Assembly (NCBI GenBank): GCA_964496825.1
Contig: CAZCBO010000001.1
Location: forward strand, 1-51,331
Direction of reading: 5' to 3'
Length of the DNA stretch: 51,331 nucleotides
Source of the DNA: an uncultured Acidimicrobiaceae bacterium
GTDB taxonomy: Bacteria > Actinomycetota > Acidimicrobiia > Spongiisociales > UBA5794
Both the position numbers and the translations under genes were made by a program. Position 1 is the first letter of the stretch, and the number at the start of each line of letters is the position of its first letter. Shown piece by piece: positions 17,386 through 23,439 of the stretch. The notes below the pieces were generated by a model. It ran no database searches, was not told where the DNA came from, and worked only from the letters and a program-made list of their open reading frames with translations.

Positions 17386-19118
17386 CAGCCGCTGAGCACC
17401 TCCACGGTTCCCGCCGACCCGTTCACCCGGATCCGGTCACCGCTGGTGATCTCCTTGGTTGCCACCGAGGATCCGATGACCGCCGGGATGCCGAACTCAC
17501 GGGCCATCACCGCCGGGTGCGACACCGTGCCGCCGGCGTCGGTGACGATGCCGCTGATCACGCTGAACAGCGGCGTCCAGGCCGGATTCGTCATCTGGCA
17601 CACCAGGATGTCGCCGGGACGGACCTGGTCGAACTCGTCGACCGACAGCACCACCTTGGCGGTGCCCTCGATGACACCCGGTGAGGCAGCGATGCCGGTG
17701 ACGGTCGGTCCCTCCTCGTGCTCCATGTAGAGCCGGTCGGGGAAGCCCCACAGGCCCAGGTACGGGAACTCGAGCTGCGACTCGGTCGCCGTCCCGATCC
17801 AGTCCTTGGGCTTGACCAGCTCCGACTCGGCGCGCTCGGCGCGGCGCTGCTTGACGATGCTCCTGGCGTCGAAGTTCTCGAGATCACCCATCAGATAGCG
17901 AAGCTCGTTGTACTTCAGGAACATGACGTCGTCGGGCTCGTCGAGCACGCCCTCCTCGACCAGCTTCTTGCCGATCGCCATCAGCACCACGCGCACGTGG
18001 GCGTTGGTGCCCTGGTCGATGTAGAAGTGGTGGTCGGGGGTCAGCGGGGCCATCTTCAGATTGACCTCGTTGGCCGCCCGCATCTTCTCGAGCGCCTCGC
18101 CTTCGAGCCCTTCGAGCAGCTCCTTCGAGGCGGCCTCGATGTCGTCGGCGAGCTCCTTCTTCGCCGACGGGTAGTCGTAGTCCGACTCGATGTAGCCCTT
18201 CAGCACGTCCAGCACCGGCACCGGATCTTCGAACCGGCTCGGGAAGATGAACTCGTGGCTCCACACCGCATGCCAGCCGAACTCGCGCTGCCAGGCGGCG
18301 ATCCGCTCCTCGAGGAACTTCTGTCCCTCCGGGGTGCCCTGGAGCCCCTTGAGGATCTCACGACCCGTGTCGCTGGAGAACGCCTCGGACAGCACCTTGT
18401 CCTTCTTCACTTCCTCCTTCATCTCCCAGAGGAGATGCAGCGAGTCCCAGTTGCGGTCGGCCGCCGAGTTCTGGAGTCGACCCAGCAGCACTTCGTCGAC
18501 CTCGCCCCGCACCTCTTCCATCACGGCGCGCAGGTTGAGCGTCGAGGACAGCTGGGCGAAGTTGAGCATCCAGTGGATCTTCCAGTGCCGATCGTGGATG
18601 TCCATCGCATCCTCGAGGATCGTCGCCCACTCCATCAGCGAGATCTCGTCCTCCTGGTCGATCTTCGACTCCAGGTAGGCCAGATTGCGCTGCATCTCGG
18701 GCACGAGCCGGTCGCGCCACCAGTCGGCGAAGTTCAACCCGTAGGTCGGGAGCACCGCGTTCAGGTAGTTGCCGATCTTCCCGGCGTACTCCGGATCGTC
18801 CTTGGGGACCCGCGGGGTGTAGAGGTTGCCGTATTCCATCGCCTCGATGCGGAACCCCGGATCCGCAGGGACCGCCGCCGTGTACAGGTAGCCGTTGACG
18901 TTCTTGGCGATCCAGTCGGCGGCAAACGGCGTGCCGAAGCGCCGGAACATGTGATCGCAGGTCAGCCACCAACCCCCGATGTCGAAGTACATCGGCGAGA
19001 GCGGCTGCGGACAGTGCAGGTCGTCGTAGACCCAGAACAGGCTCCTCTCGGCGTCGGACTCCCATTCGATGGGGAAGCTCTCATCGCCGTGGAACTCCTT
19101 GATGATCGCATCAGTCAC
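17385..19118 (-). CDS. PEP-utilising-enzyme family protein: about 470-aa N-terminal region plus C-terminal swivelling phosphohistidine domain, no ATP-grasp
   Basis: GTG at 19118 is preceded by AAGGAGGAA. The C-terminus is TGIAASPGVIEGTAKVV..PGDILVCQMTNPAWTPLF..IVTDAGGTVSHPAVMAREFGIPAVIG, the PEP-utilizers mobile domain with its catalytic His. The N-terminal part shows no PPDK_N/ATP-grasp motifs. Confidence 0.8.
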   Translation of the reverse strand: MTDAIIKEFHGDESFPIEWESDAERSLFWVYDDLHCPQPLSPMYFDIGGWWLTCDHMFRRFGTPFAADWIAKNVNGYLYTAAVPADPGFRIEAMEYGNLYTPRVPKDDPEYAGKIGNYLNAVLPTYGLNFADWWRDRLVPEMQRNLAYLESKIDQEDEISLMEWATILEDAMDIHDRHWKIHWMLNFAQLSSTLNLRAVMEEVRGEVDEVLLGRLQNSAADRNWDSLHLLWEMKEEVKKDKVLSEAFSSDTGREILKGLQGTPEGQKFLEERIAAWQREFGWHAVWSHEFIFPSRFEDPVPVLDVLKGYIESDYDYPSAKKELADDIEAASKELLEGLEGEALEKMRAANEVNLKMAPLTPDHHFYIDQGTNAHVRVVLMAIGKKLVEEGVLDEPDDVMFLKYNELRYLMGDLENFDARSIVKQRRAERAESELVKPKDWIGTATESQLEFPYLGLWGFPDRLYMEHEEGPTVTGIAASPGVIEGTAKVVLSVDEFDQVRPGDILVCQMTNPAWTPLFSVISGIVTDAGGTVSHPAVMAREFGIPAVIGSSVATKEITSGDRIRVNGSAGTVEVLSG

Positions 19119-19286
19119 GGATTCCTCCTTGCCTTTCGCTGCCGACGTGCTCCGGACATGACGGATTGCGGGGCACCGTCCTCGGATCGGGGTAGCCGCG
19201 ACGGACGACCGGACCGAGCAGGACGAGGTGGTTCCCACTCAGGGTCGCACTGGGGAATCGCGTCATTCCAGAGCTACCTCTCGATT

Positions 19287-19303
19287 GACTATCATAGATA
19301 GTC
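19287..19303. promoter_or_regulatory. Perfect palindrome GACTATC-ATA-GATAGTC (candidate operator)
   Basis: Read directly: 7-bp arms with a 3-nt spacer, in the 255-bp divergent region between the PEP-utilising operon and the phosphatase/PPDK-like operon. It overlaps copy 2 of the AT-rich motif by 2 nt. Confidence 0.45.
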
Positions 19304-19316
19304 GATAATCGATGAT
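19302..19316 (+). promoter_or_regulatory. AT-rich 15-nt motif TCGATAATCGATGAT, copy 2
   Basis: Identical to 1186..1200. A degenerate copy (TCGATTGACTATCAT, 10/15 matches) sits 21 nt upstream at 19281..19295. Confidence 0.6.
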
Positions 19317-19373
19317 ACGGGATCTGCGGCCGACACGTCAACTCGAACACCCCCCCGCCGTCGGGAGATCGCG

Positions 19374-20147
19374 GTGACGATCACCCTCGAGGGGGCGGTC
19401 AACTTCCGGGATCTCGGCGGATGGGCCACCGGGGACGGCCGGAGGGTCAAGGGGGGCCTGCTGTACCGTTCCGGCAGCCTGAGCGGCCTCTCCGACGCCG
19501 ACCTCGAGACGCTGGAGCGTCACGGCGTGCGCACCGTGGTCGACTTCCGCATCCCTTCCCAGATCGAGACCTTCGGCGAGGACCGGATCCCCACCGCGGC
19601 GTCGTACGTGTCGTTGCCGATGGGCGCCGGCGAGCTCAGCAAGGCCGTCCACGACGCCATGCACACCGGCCGCTTCGCCGGTCTCCCCGACATGGCGACC
19701 GTCAACCTCGCCATCCTCGTCGAGGATGGCGACAGCCTCGCCGCCTTCCTCCGGATCGCCGCCGAGCCCGGGCGCACCCCGCTCATCTTCCACTGCATCG
19801 GCGGCAAGGACCGCACCGGAGTCGCCGCCGCCGTGCTGTTGTCGCTCCTCGGCGTGCCGTGGCAGGCGGTTCGTGAGGACTACGAGCGGTCGAACGACCA
19901 GCTGGCCGAGGCGATCGACGCCGAGATCGAGGCGTGGGTTCGGGCGGCGGCGGAACGCTCAGGACGCCGACCGGAGCCCATCGACTTCGAAGCGGCGAAG
20001 CGGTTTGCCGGCGTCGACGGCACCGACCTCGACGCCGTTCGCCATCGGATGGTGGAGGACGCGGGTTCGATCGAAGCCTACGTCCGGGATCGGCTCGGAA
20101 TCGACGACGCCACCGTGGCAGGCTTGCGCGACATGCTGCTGGAATGA
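19374..20147 (+). CDS. Protein-tyrosine-phosphatase-like protein (CX5R family)
   Basis: Has the HCIGGKDRTG active-site loop (C-X5-R-T) and the N-terminus NFRDLGG, typical of the Tyr_phosphatase_3-type family. GGGAG precedes the GTG at 19374. Confidence 0.75.
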   Translation: MTITLEGAVNFRDLGGWATGDGRRVKGGLLYRSGSLSGLSDADLETLERHGVRTVVDFRIPSQIETFGEDRIPTAASYVSLPMGAGELSKAVHDAMHTGRFAGLPDMATVNLAILVEDGDSLAAFLRIAAEPGRTPLIFHCIGGKDRTGVAAAVLLSLLGVPWQAVREDYERSNDQLAEAIDAEIEAWVRAAAERSGRRPEPIDFEAAKRFAGVDGTDLDAVRHRMVEDAGSIEAYVRDRLGIDDATVAGLRDMLLE

Positions 20148-20154
20148 GCACACG

Positions 20155-22290
20155 ATGAGCCTCGTCTACCCCCTCGACCATCGCTACCACGCTCCCCTTC
20201 CCGAGATCGTCGCCATCGTCGGCGGAAAGGCGGCCAACATCGGGGTGATGGCGTCGCTCGGGTTGCCGGTGCCGCCCGGTTTCGCGGTGACGACCGAGGC
20301 CTGCCGCAGCTACCTGGACGACGCCTGGCCCGACGGACTCGATGCCGAGATCGAGGAGCAGATGGCCCGGCTCGAGGACACGGTCGGGAGACGCTTCGGC
20401 GATCCGTCCGATCCCTTGCTGGTCAGCGTCCGCTCCGGAGCCCCGGTGTCGATGCCCGGCATGATGGACACGATCCTCAACGTCGGCCTCAACGACGACA
20501 CGGCGACGGGACTCGCCGCGGTCTCGGGGGACCCGGCGTTCGTCGCCGCCTGCACCGATCGCCTGCAGAAGATGTACACCGGGATCGTCGGCGTGGCCAC
20601 CGTGCCCGCCGATCCGTGGGAGCAGCTTCGAGGAGCGATCGAGGCCGTGTTCCGCTCTTGGAACAGCGACCGGGCCCGCAGCTACCGCGAGCGCGAGGGG
20701 ATCAGCGACGATCTCGGCACCGCGGTGACGGTCCAGACCATGGTGTTCGGGAACCGCAGCGCCGATTCGGCCACGGGTGTGATCTTCACCAGGAACCCCG
20801 CCACCGGCGAGAACATCCTGTACGGCGATCTGATGTTCCAGGCCCAGGGCGAGGACGTCGTGGCCGGTACGCACCAGACCGAGCCGATCACCGTCCTCGA
20901 CGAGCGGATGCCGGAGATCGCCGCCGAGCTGCGACGCTACGCCGATCTGCTCGAGCGCCACTACGCCGATGCGTGCGACATCGAGTTCACGATCGAGGAC
21001 GGCCGTCTCTGGATGCTGCAGACGAGGATCGCCAAGCGCACACCCCAGGCGGCGCTGCGCATGGCCGTCGAGATGGCCGAGGACGACGACTTCCCCCTGT
21101 CGAAGGCGGAGGCGGTCGAGCGCGTTCGGTCCTATCTGGCCGACCCGCCGACGACGGTCGCCGACCAGAGCTCTGACGCCCCGCCGGCGGCAACCGGGTT
21201 GGCGGCATCCCCAGGGCTCGTCTCGGGCGAGATCGCCACGACGGCCGAGGCGGCGATCGCGATGGCCGAGGAGGGCAGGACGGTCATCCTGGTGCGGCGC
21301 GAGACCTCGCCGGACGACGTCCACGGTATGGCCCGTTCGGCAGGCATCCTCACCTCGACCGGTGGGTTGGCCAGCCATGCCGCAGTCGTGGCGCGCGGAT
21401 GGGGAATCCCTGCGGTCGTCGGCGCCGAGGGCGTCGTGATCGAGGACGATAGGCTCTCGATCGGGGACCGCACCCTCGGCATGGGTGACACGATCACGAT
21501 CGATGGTGCCGGCGGACGCGTCTTCATCGGTGTGGTGGCTGGGAGCGAGGCCATCGTGGCGGAGGCGGCGACGCTCCTTTCGTGGGCACGGGAGCTCGCC
21601 ATCGACATCGACGCGGCCGAGCAGGGAAGCGTGCCCGACGAGCGAGAGGAGGCGGCCATGGACGACATCGAAGCGGCGACGCCCGCCGTGGTGCGAGCGC
21701 TGCTCATCAAGGGGTTCGTGACCCCCAACGGCGTCGCCCCCGTGCTGCGGACCGGTGAGGAAGAGGCGGCCGCGATCCTGGACCGGACCACCGCCGACGG
21801 GCTCACCGAGCTCGCCGGCGCGATGTTCCAGCTGACCGACGACGGCAAGGCGCTCGGCGCCGAGTTGATGGCCGCCGACCAGGCGACCTGGGGCATCGAC
21901 AACGCCAACCGCGCCCTCGACGGCTTCCTCGGGATCGACGACCGTATGAAGCACATCGTCACGGCCTGGCAGATGCGCGAGGTCGACGGCGAGCAGGTGC
22001 TCAACGACCATACCGACGAGGCCTACGACGCCGGGGTACTCGGTGACTTCGCCGCCCTCCACGAGGACGCTCGGGCCTGGCTCGAGCCGCTGACCCAGGG
22101 GCTGCCCCGGCTCGCCGGCTACCTTTCCCGGCTCGACCACGCTGCGGCGATGACCGAGGAGGGCGATCACCGCTTCATCGCCTCACCCACCCTCGACAGC
22201 TACCACTCGGTGTGGTTCGAGCTCCACGAGGACCTGATCCGCCTGGCGGGCCGCACCCGTGAGGACGAGGTGGAGGCCGGGCGGGCCTAG
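20155..22290 (+). CDS. Pyruvate,phosphate dikinase N-terminal homologue (ATP-grasp + phosphohistidine domain) lacking the PEP/pyruvate TIM-barrel, with a different 245-aa C-terminal extension
   Basis: Motifs read: GGKAANIG, LPVPPGFAVTTEAC, LLVSVRSGAPVSMPGMMDTILNVGLND, GTAVTVQTMVFGN, FTRNPATGE, QGEDVVAG, DIEFTIEDGRLWMLQTR, and the swivel domain ASPG..VILVRRETSPDDVHGM..TSTGGLASHAAVVARGWG. No PEP-utilizers_C motifs follow. Confidence 0.85.
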   Translation: MSLVYPLDHRYHAPLPEIVAIVGGKAANIGVMASLGLPVPPGFAVTTEACRSYLDDAWPDGLDAEIEEQMARLEDTVGRRFGDPSDPLLVSVRSGAPVSMPGMMDTILNVGLNDDTATGLAAVSGDPAFVAACTDRLQKMYTGIVGVATVPADPWEQLRGAIEAVFRSWNSDRARSYREREGISDDLGTAVTVQTMVFGNRSADSATGVIFTRNPATGENILYGDLMFQAQGEDVVAGTHQTEPITVLDERMPEIAAELRRYADLLERHYADACDIEFTIEDGRLWMLQTRIAKRTPQAALRMAVEMAEDDDFPLSKAEAVERVRSYLADPPTTVADQSSDAPPAATGLAASPGLVSGEIATTAEAAIAMAEEGRTVILVRRETSPDDVHGMARSAGILTSTGGLASHAAVVARGWGIPAVVGAEGVVIEDDRLSIGDRTLGMGDTITIDGAGGRVFIGVVAGSEAIVAEAATLLSWARELAIDIDAAEQGSVPDEREEAAMDDIEAATPAVVRALLIKGFVTPNGVAPVLRTGEEEAAAILDRTTADGLTELAGAMFQLTDDGKALGAELMAADQATWGIDNANRALDGFLGIDDRMKHIVTAWQMREVDGEQVLNDHTDEAYDAGVLGDFAALHEDARAWLEPLTQGLPRLAGYLSRLDHAAAMTEEGDHRFIASPTLDSYHSVWFELHEDLIRLAGRTREDEVEAGRA

Positions 22291-22311
22291 GGGCCGGCGA
22301 GCGCCCTCTGG

Positions 22312-23439
22312 TCAGGCAACGGCACCGCTCGACCGGAGCTCGGCGACCTCGTCGGCGGAGAATCCGGTCTCGGCGAGGATCTCGTCGGTGTTCGCCCCCG
22401 GCTCGGGCGCCGTGCCGGGCTCGCCGGGAGCATCGTCATCGAATCGGGGCGCCGGGGCCGGCAGCGGATGGCCGGCGTGGATGTCGAACACCCCTCGCCG
22501 CGCGTTCCCCGGGTGTGCGGGTGCCTCGTCCATGCCCAGTACCGGCGTGACACAGGCGTCGGTGCCGGCGAAGACCGACTCCCACTCGTCCCGGGTCCTG
22601 CTCGCAAAGACCTCAGCGAACCGCCGCCGCAGCTCGGGCCAGCCGCTCACATCGAGACGATCGGGCAGCTCGGCACCCGCCAGACCGAGGCCGGCGAGCA
22701 GCTCGTCGTAGAACTGGGGCTCGAGGGCACCGACCGCCATCTGCTCGTCGTCGCTGGTCCGGTAGACCGTGTAGAAGGGCGCACCGCCGTCGAGGAGATT
22801 CGAAGCCCGTGCGACGTCCCAGAGCCCGATCCCGAGCATCTCGTAGAACGGCGTCATCAGCGACGCCGCACCGTCGATCATGGCCGCCTCGACGACCCGG
22901 CCCCCGGCCCGGTCCCGATCGAGGAGCGCGGCGAGGACACCGGCCACCAGGTACAGCGATCCCCCGCCGTAGTCACCGATCAGGTTGAGCGGTGGGACCG
23001 ACCGGTCGGCGGTGCCGATGGCGTCAAGGGCCCCGGACAGCCCGATGTAGTTGATATCGTGACCGGCCATGTGCGCCAGCGGGCCGGTGCGACCCCATCC
23101 GGTCATTCGTCCATAGACGAGGCGAGCGTTGACCGTCCGGCACTCGTCGGGCCCGACCCCGAGCCGCTCGGCGACGCCGGGGCGGAACCCCTCGATGAGG
23201 GCATCGGCGCGCTCGACGAGGCGGAGCACGGTTGCCGGCCCGTCGGGATGCTTGAGATCGACGGCGATCGACCGCTTTCCCCTCCCGACGGCCCGCACCA
23301 TGACGTCGGGATACGCCCGTTCGCCGACCCGGTCGACGAGGATCACATCGGCGCCCATGCCGGCGAGGAGCATCCCGGCGAAGGGCACCGGGCCGAGTCC
23401 GGCCAGCTCGACGATCGTGACGTCGTCGAGCGGCCTCAC
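22312..23439 (-). CDS. Family III CoA-transferase (CaiB/BaiF; alpha-methylacyl-CoA racemase-like)
   Basis: Has VTIVELAGLGPVPFAGMLLAGMGADVILVDR and GHDINYIGLSGAL. The start overlaps the sbcC stop (ATGA). Confidence 0.88.
   Translation of the reverse strand: MRPLDDVTIVELAGLGPVPFAGMLLAGMGADVILVDRVGERAYPDVMVRAVGRGKRSIAVDLKHPDGPATVLRLVERADALIEGFRPGVAERLGVGPDECRTVNARLVYGRMTGWGRTGPLAHMAGHDINYIGLSGALDAIGTADRSVPPLNLIGDYGGGSLYLVAGVLAALLDRDRAGGRVVEAAMIDGAASLMTPFYEMLGIGLWDVARASNLLDGGAPFYTVYRTSDDEQMAVGALEPQFYDELLAGLGLAGAELPDRLDVSGWPELRRRFAEVFASRTRDEWESVFAGTDACVTPVLGMDEAPAHPGNARRGVFDIHAGHPLPAPAPRFDDDAPGEPGTAPEPGANTDEILAETGFSADEVAELRSSGAVA

Noticed and set aside
19119-19280. A possible riboswitch in the leader of the PEP-utilising operon (fragments such as ACCCUGAGUGGGAACC recall TPP or cobalamin elements)
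   Set aside because: I could not assemble the required conserved cores (no CUGAGA...ACCUGAUCUGGAUAAUGCCAGCG, no GCCACUG B12 box) or a convincing multi-stem fold by eye. A covariance-model scan is needed before any claim.
19783-22170. The 795-aa minus-strand ORF opposite the PPDK-like gene, and similar long ORFs (11995..13983 +, 17718..19301 +, 27513..28886 +, 42661..43734 +, 44133..45554 +)
   Set aside because: All are antisense to genes with strong family motifs. They have Arg/Gly/Asp/His-rich composition without recognisable domains, which is the expected artefact of GC-rich codon usage.
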